The notes: generated by a model from the sequence alone, not told the origin. Counted from the stretch's first letter, positions 52,845-62,317 are shown. The stretch: DNA of 64,000 bases from Actinomycetes bacterium (GCA_031361905.1 JANLRV010000121.1:9545-73544); one strand, 5' to 3'. Numbers and translations: made by a program.

Positions 52845-54041
52845 TCAGACGAGCTCCGCGACCCCTGCGAGCAGCCGGTCGACCTCCTCCTCGGTGTTGT
52901 AGTGCACGATCCCGGCACGCACCGCGCCGACAGCGAGGTCGAGGCCGAGCTGCTTCATCGTCTCGACCGAGTAGTAGTTGCCCCACCAGACGGCGACGTC
53001 GTGCGCGTCCGCCAGGTGGATCGCGACCTCCTGCGAGGTGTGCCCCGGGACGTTGAAGCAGAACGTCGGGACGCGCCCCTCCATCGTCGGCAGCCCGTAC
53101 AGGTCGACGCCCTCGGGCACGCCGGCGAGGAACCGCTCGCCGAGCCCGCGCTCGTGCGCGACGATCGCATCCCAGCCGATCTCATCGAGGTACTCGACGG
53201 CGGCGACGAAGCCCGCCAGCAGCTCGTGCTGGCACGTCCCATGCTCGAAGCGATGGGCGACGGGATCGTCGGCCGCAGGACGGACCTTGTAGGGATCCCA
53301 CGACTCGAGCAGCTCTTTCCGGCCGTAGGCCATGCCCATGTGCGGCCCGAAGAACTTGTAGGGCGAGCAGAGCAGCACGTCGACGCCCCACGCCTCGACG
53401 TCGATGCGCCCGTGCGGGCCGTAGTGGACCGCGTCCGCCCAGGCGAGCGCCCCGGCCGAGTGCGCCAGCTCGACGATGCGCGCCACGTCGGGGGCCGTCC
53501 CCACCGAGTTCGCGGCCACCGGGAAGGCGACGACGCGCGTGCGCTCGCCGAGCTTGCGCTCGAGGTCATCGAGGTCGAGCGAGAGGTCGTCGTGCAGATC
53601 GACTGCGCGCACGACGATGCCGAGGTCGCGCTCGAGATGGAGCCACGGCGCCACGTTGGCATCGTGGTCGAGCTTCGTCACGAGCACCTCGTCACCGGCC
53701 TTGAGCTCGCGTGCGAGCGCGCGGGTGAGGAGAAAGTTGAGCGAGGTCATGCTCTGCGCGAACGCCACCTCGTCGCCCGAGCAGCCGAGGAAGCGGCCGG
53801 CGGTCGCGTGCGCCACCTCGACGAGCTCGGTGGTCCGCTTCGACGTGCCGTAGGCCGCGCCGACGTTCGCGTTGTCATTTCGCAGGTACGCGGAGATCGC
53901 ATCGATCACGGAGTCAGGGCACTGCGTGCCGCCCGGCCCGTCGAAGAAGGCGAGGCGCCGCTGGAGGGCGGTGAATCGCCCACGGATCGCGGACACGTCG
54001 AGCATGCTGACACTCACGGGACTCCCCCTCGTTCCGGTCAC
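52845..54041 (-). CDS. class V aminotransferase / cysteine desulfurase-like protein
   Basis: ..CPDSVIDAISAYL.. and ..LLCSPYKFFGPHMG.. (PLP-Lys region). Start ambiguous: GTG 54041, GTG 54017 (best SD, GGGGGAG) or ATG 54005. Confidence 0.8.
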   Translation of the reverse strand: MTGTRGSPVSVSMLDVSAIRGRFTALQRRLAFFDGPGGTQCPDSVIDAISAYLRNDNANVGAAYGTSKRTTELVEVAHATAGRFLGCSGDEVAFAQSMTSLNFLLTRALARELKAGDEVLVTKLDHDANVAPWLHLERDLGIVVRAVDLHDDLSLDLDDLERKLGERTRVVAFPVAANSVGTAPDVARIVELAHSAGALAWADAVHYGPHGRIDVEAWGVDVLLCSPYKFFGPHMGMAYGRKELLESWDPYKVRPAADDPVAHRFEHGTCQHELLAGFVAAVEYLDEIGWDAIVAHERGLGERFLAGVPEGVDLYGLPTMEGRVPTFCFNVPGHTSQEVAIHLADAHDVAVWWGNYYSVETMKQLGLDLAVGAVRAGIVHYNTEEEVDRLLAGVAELV

Positions 54042-54116
54042 GGCGACCGCGCTGAGCCCACGATATGCGAGCCGGTCGCCCGGCTAACGCGATTGCCTCT
54101 TGCTTTTCGTGACGAT

Positions 54117-54139
54117 CGGCACATAAATCAGATGTGCCG
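54117..54139. promoter_or_regulatory. perfect 8-bp inverted repeat CGGCACAT-N7-ATGTGCCG overlapping a candidate promoter (TTGCTT-N17-ATAAAT, 54100-54128)
   Basis: Read from the sequence in the AT-richer divergent gap between the aminotransferase and the patatin-like gene. Confidence 0.4.
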
Positions 54140-54190
54140 GTGCAGCAGCAGCTCGAGCCGCGCCGGATGCTGATTCGACTGGGAGGAACG

Positions 54191-55246
54191 ATGGTGGCGT
54201 CCAGAAATGCCGACCTCGTGCTCGAGGGCGGCGGCGTCAAGGGCATTGCGCTCGTCGGGGCGATCAGCGTGCTCGAGGAGCACGGCTACCGCTTCCCGCG
54301 CGTCGCAGGCACGAGCGCGGGCGCGATCATCGGAGCCTGCGTCGCAGCCGGCCTGCACGCGCCGGCGATGCGCAAGATCATGGAGGCCGTCGACTACCGG
54401 CGCTTCAAGGATGAGGGTCTGATCGACCGCTTCGGCCCGCCCGGCAGGGGGCTCTCGCTGCTCTTCGAGCAGGGGATCTTCGAGGGCGACTACCTGCGCG
54501 GCTGGCTGGGCGCGCTGCTCGCCGAGCACGGCGTCGAGACGTTCGCCGACCTCGCGCTCGAGGAGCCCGAGCTGAAGCTCGACGAGGCGATTCCCGAGCT
54601 GCAGCGCTACCGGCTCGTCGTGATGGCGTCGGATCTCTCGAGCGGACGGCTCGTCCGCCTGCCCTGGCACTACCGCGAGCTGTACGACCGCGAGCCGTCG
54701 AGGCAGCGCGTCGCCGATGCCGTGCGGGCCTCCATGAGCATCCCGTTCTTCTACGAGCCCGTGCGGCTCGTGCACGGCGATCAGCGCGTGCGCGCGCTGC
54801 GCGATCTCCACCGCAGCGAGTCGTGGCTCGTCGACGGCGGCCTGCTCTCGAACTTCCCGGTCGACGTCTTCGACCGGCCGGCCGCGGCGGGCGCGCCACG
54901 CTGGCCGACGATCGGGATCAAGCTCTCGCTGCGCGATCGGCACGGCGCGCCGCCCCACGAGGTGCACAGCACGATCGACCTCGTCAAGCGGATGGTCCAG
55001 ACGATGACGGGGTTCTACGACCAGATGCACATCGACGATCCGGGAACGACGGCGCGCACGATCTTCGTCGACACGCTGGGCGTGCGGGCGACCGACTTCG
55101 AGATCTCGCCGCAGACCCAGCGCGCGCTCTACATGAGCGGCCGCAGCGCCGCCCGCCAGTTCCTGCGCGCGTTCGACTTCGACGAGTACGTGGCCGTGCA
55201 CCGGACCCCCGGCGGCACGCGCGCGCTCGCCGGCAGCGCCCGATGA
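54191..55246 (+). CDS. patatin-like phospholipase
   Basis: ATG 54191 after GGGAGG. Oxyanion LEGGGVKG, nucleophile GTSAG (GxSxG), catalytic Asp in LVDGGL. Confidence 0.9.
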   Translation: MVASRNADLVLEGGGVKGIALVGAISVLEEHGYRFPRVAGTSAGAIIGACVAAGLHAPAMRKIMEAVDYRRFKDEGLIDRFGPPGRGLSLLFEQGIFEGDYLRGWLGALLAEHGVETFADLALEEPELKLDEAIPELQRYRLVVMASDLSSGRLVRLPWHYRELYDREPSRQRVADAVRASMSIPFFYEPVRLVHGDQRVRALRDLHRSESWLVDGGLLSNFPVDVFDRPAAAGAPRWPTIGIKLSLRDRHGAPPHEVHSTIDLVKRMVQTMTGFYDQMHIDDPGTTARTIFVDTLGVRATDFEISPQTQRALYMSGRSAARQFLRAFDFDEYVAVHRTPGGTRALAGSAR

Positions 55247-56061
55247 CCTACGGCTGGCCGCTCGAGCCCTTCGGGCGTCAGCATCCGGTGCGCGGGTTCT
55301 TCAACGATCCCCGGATCGACGGTGCGAGCCACGCGTTCCACTTCGGCATCGACATCTCCGCGCCCGACGGGACGCCGGTGTTCTCGGTCGCCCCGGGCAC
55401 GGTCTTCATCGAGGACAAGGGCAACGCGATCGCGGTCCGCAACGGCACGCGGGTGTTCGCGTACTGGCACGTCAAGCCCGTCGTGGCGCACCACCAGCGC
55501 GTGGGCACGCACGAGCTGCTCGGGCACATCGAGCCCGGCTGGGCCCACGTCCACTTCGCCGAGCGCAGCGCGGGCCGCTACCTCGATCCCCTGCGGGACG
55601 GGGCGATCACCCCGTTCGTCGACGTCGGGCACCCGACGGTCGCGGCGATCCTCCTGCAGCGAGGCGCGGCCGAGATCGCGGGCGCGGTGATCAGCGGCCT
55701 GATCGACATCTGCTGCACGGCCTTCGACACGACCCCCCTCGCGGTGCCCGCTCCGTGGTCGCACATGCCGGTCTCGCCGGCGCTCGTGCGGCTGCGGATC
55801 GTGCGCAACGGAGCGCCGCTCGTGCCGTGGCGCCACGGCGTCGACCTGCGCAGCTTCCGCACGCCCGACGCGTTCCGGGCGATCTACGCGCCGCAGACCC
55901 GCCAGAACCATCCGGGAAAGCCGGGGACCTATCGCTACTGGCTGGCGCGCGAGCTCGACACGCGCCGCCTCGGCAACGGCTCGTGCAGGATCGACGTCGA
56001 GGCGCAGGACGTGCACGGAAACCGCGCACGCGCGAGCCGCACGGTCACGGTCGAGAACTGA
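55243..56061 (+). CDS. M23 family metallopeptidase-like protein with extra C-terminal domain, no signal peptide
   Basis: ATGA overlap with the patatin stop. HFGID (HxxxD) and HVH (HxH) metal motifs. The N-terminus MTYGWPLEPFGRQHP lacks a hydrophobic leader. Confidence 0.75.
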   Translation: MTYGWPLEPFGRQHPVRGFFNDPRIDGASHAFHFGIDISAPDGTPVFSVAPGTVFIEDKGNAIAVRNGTRVFAYWHVKPVVAHHQRVGTHELLGHIEPGWAHVHFAERSAGRYLDPLRDGAITPFVDVGHPTVAAILLQRGAAEIAGAVISGLIDICCTAFDTTPLAVPAPWSHMPVSPALVRLRIVRNGAPLVPWRHGVDLRSFRTPDAFRAIYAPQTRQNHPGKPGTYRYWLARELDTRRLGNGSCRIDVEAQDVHGNRARASRTVTVEN

Positions 56062-56070
56062 CGCGCGTCG

Positions 56071-56853
56071 TCAGCGTGCCGTCCAGCCACCGTCGACGAG
56101 AATCGTGTGGCCGGTGACGAGCGACGCGGCCGGAGATGCGAGGAAGAGGACCGCGCCCGCGACGTCGATCGGGTTCCCCACGCGATGGAGCGCCGCGATG
56201 CGCTCGATGATGTCGTCGCGCGCAGCCGGATCGTCCAGCACCGCCGCCGTTCCGGGCGTCACGATGAAGGTCGGCGCGACGCCGTTGACGGTCACGCCGT
56301 GCGGGCCCCACTCGACCGCGAGGCACTTCGTCAGATGCGCGATCGCGGCCTTCGTCATGCAGTAGACCGACTCGCCCGGGAGCGCCACGAACCCGGCCTG
56401 CGACGAGAGCATCACGATCCGTCCGCCGCCCTGGCGGATCATCACGCGCCCGACGGCCTGCGAGACGAAGAAGGTGCCCTTCAGGTTGACGTCGCAGGTC
56501 AGATCGAAATCGGCCTCGCTGACGTCGACCGCGGGATTCTCAGGCCCGAGACCGGCGTTGTTGACGAGCACGTCGATGCGCCCGAACGCCGAGACCGCCG
56601 CAGCGACCGCGGCCGTGACCTCGTCGAGACGCGTGACGTCCATCTGCAGCCGGAGCGCGCGACGCCCCATCGCCTCGATCTCCGCGGCCAGCTCGGCAGC
56701 GGTCGTCACGTCGCGCAGGCCGAGCACGACGTCCGCGCCGGCATTCGCGAGCGCGAGGGCCAGCGCATGGCCGATCCCGCGCGCCGCGCCGGTCACGAGG
56801 GCGACCTGCCCCTCGAGGTCGAAGCGCGGGAACGCGCGGGGCTCCTGAGACAT
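56071..56853 (-). CDS. SDR family oxidoreductase
   Basis: ATG 56853, 260 aa. TGAARGIGHA, NNAG, YCMTKAA. Upstream are the candidate -10 TAGAGT (56897-56892) and SD GGAGAGG. Confidence 0.9.
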   Translation of the reverse strand: MSQEPRAFPRFDLEGQVALVTGAARGIGHALALALANAGADVVLGLRDVTTAAELAAEIEAMGRRALRLQMDVTRLDEVTAAVAAAVSAFGRIDVLVNNAGLGPENPAVDVSEADFDLTCDVNLKGTFFVSQAVGRVMIRQGGGRIVMLSSQAGFVALPGESVYCMTKAAIAHLTKCLAVEWGPHGVTVNGVAPTFIVTPGTAAVLDDPAARDDIIERIAALHRVGNPIDVAGAVLFLASPAASLVTGHTILVDGGWTAR

Positions 56854-57015
56854 GCCGATCCTCTCCACAGCGGGTGTGTCAGACGCGCAGGACTCTACCG
56901 CCGTGACTGCCGCCGCAGGTAGAGCCAGACGAGGAGTGCGAACATGTGGCCGCAGCCTATGGCGCTCGGCCGCGACCCTGGGCCGATCCGCGCCAGCACG
57001 GAGCCGGAACGCACG

Positions 57016-57291
57016 ATGGCATCGATCACACCCCTCCCATCCGCCCGCCACCTCCTGCGGGCGAAGGATCTGATCGACTCCGGCTACCGCGAACCGCTCG
57101 AGGTGCGCACGCTGGGCACGGGCGTGCTCGGCGGCCTGTTCTTCTCCACCGACGACTGCCGCGGGATGTACGAGGACCTCAAGAGCCGCGGCGTCGAGTT
57201 CACCCAGGAGCCGACCGAGCAGCCGTACGGGATCGACGCGGGGTTCCGCGACCCGTCCGGCAATGGGATTCGCATGGTGCAGCGAGCGTAG
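57016..57291 (+). pseudogene. probable remnant of an AraC-HTH/VOC (glyoxalase) fusion regulator
   Basis: The short ORF joins ARHLLRAKDLIDSGYREPLEV (like the start of AraC-type effector/HTH regions) directly to about 55 aa of a VOC C-terminal half (..FFSTDDCRGMYEDLKSRGVEFTQEPTEQPYGIDAGFRDPSGNGIRMVQ). The central part of such proteins is absent. Confidence 0.4.
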
Positions 57292-57300
57292 ACAGGTTTC

Positions 57301-57338
57301 CGCGTCCGGGAGGCGGAGAGCGACGCCTCCCGGACGCG
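57301..57338 (+). terminator. perfect 15-bp GC-rich hairpin (8-nt loop)
   Basis: CGCGTCCGGGAGGCG-gagagcga-CGCCTCCCGGACGCG, 10 nt after the TAG at 57289-57291. No U-tract. Confidence 0.5.
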
Positions 57339-57405
57339 AGCGATCCCCGGGCTCAGATTTCGCGGACCGCGCGAGCAAGAGCTAGCTGCAGCTCCTGCAA
57401 CCTCC

Positions 57406-59484
57406 GTGGCTCTGCACGCGGATTTCGGTGCCAGCACGGTGGCCGAACGTGCGCCGCTGAACGAGAATGGCAGCGTGCGGATTGCGCCGCGTCTTGTCGC
57501 CTGGTGCCTCGCGCTCGCGGCTGTCGCCCTGATCACGGGGGGGTTGTTGCTCGACCGCATCGCCGCGGCGGAGCACGTTTCCGGTTCTGGCGTGGTCTGG
57601 CTGTATCCCTTCCTCCTCGCGGCGGTCTCGGCCCCGGCTCTCGTCGGCGCCGTGATCGCGGCCCAACGGCCCGGCGGCCCGATCGGGTGGATCCTCGTCC
57701 TGGGCTCCTTGTCGCTCGCGGCGGTGCTCGCCGCGACGCCGTACGCGTGGGTGGCGCTGGACGCCCACCCGGGCGCGCTGCCGGGCGGCTCCTGGGCCGC
57801 GCTGGTCTCGTCGCTCTGGCCGACCTTCTTCGCCTGGCCGGTCGCGGTCGCGTTCGTCTTCCCTGACGGCCGGCTCCCGTCGCGGCGCTGGCGCCCGTAC
57901 GCGATCTTCGCGGCCGGCGCGTTCGCGGTCCTGCTGGTCGTGCTCGTGATGGCGGATCAGCTCGAGAAGCCATTCTCCGATGTGACGAATCCCTTTCCGC
58001 TGCGTGTGCCGGATGGCCTCGGCTTCGTCCGGCTCCCAGCCTGGTTGTCGGTGTTCGCCAGCCTGTTCGTCGGGGCCGGGGCAGCACGGGTTCGCTACAA
58101 GCGGTCGGCCGGGATCGAGCGGCTGCAGATGCTCTGGCTGGCCTATGCCGCGCTGCTGATCCCTTTGGGGATCGCCGGCTTTCTGCTCTGGGGCCTGGTC
58201 GTCGGCGAGCCGGGTGGCGCAGTGCTCGGGTTTCTCCTCGCGATGGAGTCGGCCGTCGCGCTCGCGGTCGGCATCGCCGTCACCCGCTATCGGCTGTACG
58301 AGATCGATCGGCTGCTCAACCGGACGCTCGTCTACGCGGCTGTCACCGCATCGCTCGGGCTCCTCTACGCGATCGTCTCGCTGCTCGCAGGCGTTGCAGC
58401 CGGCCAGGGGTCGACGTGGGTCACGGCAGTCGCGGTGCTCGTCGTCGCAGCGGCCTTCGCGCCGTTGCGACTCCGCGTTCAGGCTGCGGTCGACTGGCGG
58501 TTCGATCGCCAGCGCTACGACGGGCTGCGTCGAGTGAGCGCGTTCGTCGACGACGTCCGAGAGGGCCGGCGAGAGCCGGAGGAGGTCGGCGACGTGATCG
58601 CCGCAGCCCTTCGCGACCCGAGCGCCGAGCTGCTGTTCCGGCTGCCGGAGAGCGAGCTGTACAGCGATGGCCTTGCGGGGATCGTCGTCGAGCCGCCCGC
58701 TGACGGCCGCACCGTCACGCGCGTCGAGCACCGCGGTCGGGAGATCGCGTTGCTGCGGCACGATCCTGCTCTGCTCGACCGTCCCGATCTGCTCCGCAGC
58801 GTGCTCGCCGCCGCGAGCCTGGCGATCGAGATCGCACGCCTGCGGGTCGAGGTCAGACTGCAGCTCGCGGAGGTCGAGGCCTCGCGAGCGCGGGTCGTGC
58901 AGGCGGGGTACGAGGAGCGTAGACGCTTGGAGCGGGACCTCCACGACGGCGCACAGCAACGGCTCGTGTCGCTCGGGATCGTGCTGCGGCGGCTGCAGCG
59001 GTCGCTGCCGCGGGAGGCGCAGATCCTCGGACCTCCGCTCGATGCCGCGGTCGACGAGGTCGGGAGGGCGATCGACGACCTGCGCAGGATCGCGGCCGGC
59101 GTGCGGCCGCCGCGCTTGGACGAGGGGCTCGCGGCGGCACTTGCCGATCTGGTGCGCGCGCTCCCGGTTCCGGTCGAGCTCGAGGCGACGGCCGAGCGTC
59201 TTCCTCCGCAGATCGAGGCGGCCGCGTACTTCGTCGTCTGCGAGGCTGTCACGAATGCCGTCAAGCACGCGTCCCCGTCGCAGATCACCGTCGATGCGGC
59301 GGTCGCGAACGGCGCTCTCACGCTGGAGATCGCCGACGACGGCATCGGTGGCGCGACCGTGAGCGCCGGCACCGGGCTGATCGGCCTGACCGACCGGGTC
59401 GAGGCGCAGGGCGGGACGTTCTCGCTCACGAGCCCGGCCGGTGGCGGCACGACGATCAAGGTGGAGATCCCGTGCGGATCGTGA
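57406..59484 (+). CDS. sensor histidine kinase (NarL-partner type, HisKA_3) with large polytopic N-terminal domain
   Basis: 692 aa. About 10 TM segments, then H-box RRRLERDLHDGAQQRL, then an HATPase region ..GLIGLTDRVEAQGGTFSLTSPAGGGTTI. Confidence 0.9.
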   Translation: MALHADFGASTVAERAPLNENGSVRIAPRLVAWCLALAAVALITGGLLLDRIAAAEHVSGSGVVWLYPFLLAAVSAPALVGAVIAAQRPGGPIGWILVLGSLSLAAVLAATPYAWVALDAHPGALPGGSWAALVSSLWPTFFAWPVAVAFVFPDGRLPSRRWRPYAIFAAGAFAVLLVVLVMADQLEKPFSDVTNPFPLRVPDGLGFVRLPAWLSVFASLFVGAGAARVRYKRSAGIERLQMLWLAYAALLIPLGIAGFLLWGLVVGEPGGAVLGFLLAMESAVALAVGIAVTRYRLYEIDRLLNRTLVYAAVTASLGLLYAIVSLLAGVAAGQGSTWVTAVAVLVVAAAFAPLRLRVQAAVDWRFDRQRYDGLRRVSAFVDDVREGRREPEEVGDVIAAALRDPSAELLFRLPESELYSDGLAGIVVEPPADGRTVTRVEHRGREIALLRHDPALLDRPDLLRSVLAAASLAIEIARLRVEVRLQLAEVEASRARVVQAGYEERRRLERDLHDGAQQRLVSLGIVLRRLQRSLPREAQILGPPLDAAVDEVGRAIDDLRRIAAGVRPPRLDEGLAAALADLVRALPVPVELEATAERLPPQIEAAAYFVVCEAVTNAVKHASPSQITVDAAVANGALTLEIADDGIGGATVSAGTGLIGLTDRVEAQGGTFSLTSPAGGGTTIKVEIPCGS

Positions 59485-60122
59485 TCGCAGAGGACACGGT
59501 GCTGCTTCGAGAGGGCCTCGCGGGCTTGCTCGAGGACGCCGGGCACGAGGTCGTCGCGCGGGTCGGCGACGCCGAGGCGCTGCTCGCCGTCGTGGCCGAG
59601 CACGAGCCGGACCTCGCCGTCGTCGACGTGCGCATGCCACCCGACTACCAGGACGAGGGCATGCGCGCCGCGGCCGAGATCCGGCGGGCGCACCCGGCCA
59701 CCGCCGTGCTCGTCCTCTCGCAGCACATCGAGACCCGCCACGCGCTCGAGCTCGTCGCGACCGGAGGCGGCTTCGGCTACCTGCTGAAGCAGCGCGTGCT
59801 CGACGTGGACGACTTCCTCGACGCCGCACGGCGCGTCTGCGACGGAGGCTCGGCGCTCGACCCGGAGGTCGTCGCCACGCTGATCTCGCCGACGCCGAAG
59901 CGAGACGCGCTCGGCGAGCTCACGCCCCGCGAGCGCGAGGTGCTCACCGTGATGGCCGAGGGCCGGACCAACGCCGCGATCGCGAAGCGGCTCTGGCTCA
60001 CCGAGCGGACCGTCGAGGCACACGTGCGCTCGATTCTCGGCAAGCTCGGCCTGCCGATCAGCGGCGACGACCATCGGCGCGTGCTCGCGGTCTTGACCTA
60101 CCTGCGTGCCTCCGGCGCCTGA
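59472..60122 (+). CDS. NarL/LuxR family response regulator
   Basis: 216 aa. Receiver MRIVIAEDTVLLREG..DLAVVDVRMPP and LuxR HTH LTPREREVLTVMAEGRTNAAIAKRLWLTERTVEAHV. Overlaps the kinase gene by 13 nt. Confidence 0.9.
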   Translation: MRIVIAEDTVLLREGLAGLLEDAGHEVVARVGDAEALLAVVAEHEPDLAVVDVRMPPDYQDEGMRAAAEIRRAHPATAVLVLSQHIETRHALELVATGGGFGYLLKQRVLDVDDFLDAARRVCDGGSALDPEVVATLISPTPKRDALGELTPREREVLTVMAEGRTNAAIAKRLWLTERTVEAHVRSILGKLGLPISGDDHRRVLAVLTYLRASGA

Positions 60123-60209
60123 CATCTCGGTGCTGGCACCAACGGGCATTTAGGTGCCTGTCACGACGACGGACGGCCGCTGCGGTCGTAGCGTGGTTTC
60201 CAACGCGCG

Positions 60210-60920
60210 ATGCGCGCCCAACCTGGAGGTTCGACAGTGTCCGCGACCGCGACAGTAGGCACACACACGGCAATCGCCACGAGGGTGAGAGGCGGAAGAG
60301 CCGGCGCGATCGCAGGCCTTGCGTTCTCCCTGCTCTTCTTGCTCGGAACCGCGATGCTGAACATCCCCCTCGGCGCCAGCGACGAGAAGCTCGTCGCCTT
60401 CTGGTCGGACAGCGGGAACCAGGTGACGAGCATCATCTCCATGTACAGCTTCGTCCTCGCGGGACTCTGCTTTCTCGTCTTCCTCGTCCAGCTGCGCTCC
60501 CGCCTGCTCGCCGCAGAAGGCGGTGACGGCAGGCTGAGCGCCCTCGTCGTCGCAAGCGGGGGCGTCTTCGTCGCGATGCTCATCGTCGCGGCCGCTTCGC
60601 GCGGCATGATCGGATTCGCGCTCAAAGCCCCCGGAAGCAAGGAATCGCTCCCCGGAGCCGACACGCTCCGCTACATCCCGCAGATCGGCTACGCCGCGCT
60701 CGGCGCCGGCGGCATGCTCGCCGCGGCAGTCGCGATGGCGACGACGTCGTGGCTGATCGTGCGAACCGGAGCCTTCTCGCGCTGGCTCGCCTGGGTTGGC
60801 GGCGTCGCCGCGATCCTGATCATCGCCGCGAACGCGGCCCTCGCGGGAATGCTCGCGATTCCCGTGATGCTCGTCTGGGCACTCTCCACCAGCGTGGCGA
60901 TGTGGCGGGGCGCGCGCTGA
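60210..60920 (+). CDS. hypothetical integral membrane protein
   Basis: 236 aa with about 6 hydrophobic segments. No motif recognised. Confidence 0.6.
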   Translation: MRAQPGGSTVSATATVGTHTAIATRVRGGRAGAIAGLAFSLLFLLGTAMLNIPLGASDEKLVAFWSDSGNQVTSIISMYSFVLAGLCFLVFLVQLRSRLLAAEGGDGRLSALVVASGGVFVAMLIVAAASRGMIGFALKAPGSKESLPGADTLRYIPQIGYAALGAGGMLAAAVAMATTSWLIVRTGAFSRWLAWVGGVAAILIIAANAALAGMLAIPVMLVWALSTSVAMWRGAR

Positions 60921-61201
60921 GCGGACCGGCTCAGGACGACGGGCGCCACGCCGGGTCGTGATCGTCGGCGAGCTGATGCGTGATGGTTGGCCGACATCAG
61001 CGGCGCGACGGAGTCCGGCATCAAGCGCGCATCATCACCGTCCAGCGCGCCATCATCGAGTCGCCGGACGACGCGTAGTTTTCCGCAGCACTGGAGCGGC
61101 ACTCCGCCGACGACAGACGCCCACGGTGGTCATACGTTCTGAGGAGAGGTTGAGTCCGCCAGTAGAGGAGCGTCATCATTTCCACCCACACCCCGCCCGG
61201 C

Positions 61202-62317
61202 GTGGACCCAGAACCCGCCCCGCAGGAGCAGCGGGGCTGGGCTGCGGCGCGAGTCGTCCTCGCGATCCTTCTCCCCGGACTCCTCGGTCTCGCGGTTTTC
61301 ATGGTTTGGGCCACGGGCCGGTCTTCGGCGGAACGGGCAGTCCCGGTAGTCGCGCCTGCGATCACACCCACAGGGGCGACTTCGAGCATGGCCGGCATGG
61401 CCACAACGGCTTCGACGGCTGCGACTGCGGCGGCGGCCACGCCCGCACCGCCGCATGCCCTCTACGACGCGACGCTGCCGCCCGTCGGTCCGGGAACCGT
61501 GCACAAGTACACGATTCGGCTGAAGGACGAAGTGCTCGAGATCGCTCCGGGTGTGCGCTACCAGGGCTGGACGTTCGAAGGCACGGCACCGGGACCCGTG
61601 ATCCACGTGCGGCAGGGCGACAGGGTGGACATCACGCTCGTGAATGGTGGTGCAATTCCGCATTCGATCGACTTCCACGCCGCGCTCACGGCTCCGAACG
61701 TGTCGTTCGCGTCAGTGCCGGCGGGGGGCAGCTTGCACTTCCGGTTTCGCGCCGAGACGCCGGGCGCCTTCATGTACCACTGCGGCACGCCTCCGGTCCT
61801 GGCCCACATCGCCAATGGCATGTACGGAGCGATCGTCGTCGACCCCAAGGGAGGCATGCCACGCGTGGCCAAGAGTGTCGTGCTCGTCTCGGGGGAGTGG
61901 TATCTCGCAGGTGACGGCAAGAAGGAGCCCGCTTCGCTCGATTTCGAGAAAGCGCGGCAAATACGGCCCGACTATGTGACCTTCAACGGCTACGCGAACC
62001 AATACAAGGACCACCCGCTGCGTGCGAATCCCGGTGACACGGTGCGTTTCTACGTCGTCGATGCCGGACCGAGCCTCGACACCGATTTCCATGTCGTCGG
62101 CGCGATCCTCAATCGCGTCTACCTCGACGGCACGACCACGGATGTCCTCCACGGAGTCCAGACGCAACTCGTACCGGCGGGCGGCGGGATGATCTTCGAC
62201 GTCAAGTTCCGCGACCGCGGGATCTTCCCGTTCGTGAGCCATGCATTCGCGGCCGTCGACATGGGTGAGGTCGGCCTCGTCAACGTCGGCAACGTCCCCG
62301 GAACGATGAATCACTGA
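61202..62317 (+). CDS. nirK: copper-containing nitrite reductase (two-domain multicopper, NirK-like) with N-terminal membrane anchor
   Basis: IPHSIDFHAA (type-2/type-1 Cu His ligands), MYHCGTPPVLAHIANGMYG (Cys-His-Met type-1 ligands), and a second cupredoxin domain. The N-terminus has one TM helix plus an Ala/Thr-rich linker. GTG start without an obvious SD. Confidence 0.8.
   Translation: MDPEPAPQEQRGWAAARVVLAILLPGLLGLAVFMVWATGRSSAERAVPVVAPAITPTGATSSMAGMATTASTAATAAAATPAPPHALYDATLPPVGPGTVHKYTIRLKDEVLEIAPGVRYQGWTFEGTAPGPVIHVRQGDRVDITLVNGGAIPHSIDFHAALTAPNVSFASVPAGGSLHFRFRAETPGAFMYHCGTPPVLAHIANGMYGAIVVDPKGGMPRVAKSVVLVSGEWYLAGDGKKEPASLDFEKARQIRPDYVTFNGYANQYKDHPLRANPGDTVRFYVVDAGPSLDTDFHVVGAILNRVYLDGTTTDVLHGVQTQLVPAGGGMIFDVKFRDRGIFPFVSHAFAAVDMGEVGLVNVGNVPGTMNH

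Noticed and set aside
60134-60149. Sigma-54-like TGGCAC-N5-GGGCAT upstream of the membrane protein gene.
   Set aside because: The GG-to-GC spacing is one nt short of the -24/-12 consensus, the -12 TTGC is not matched, no enhancer-binding protein is nearby, and Actinomycetota generally lack RpoN.
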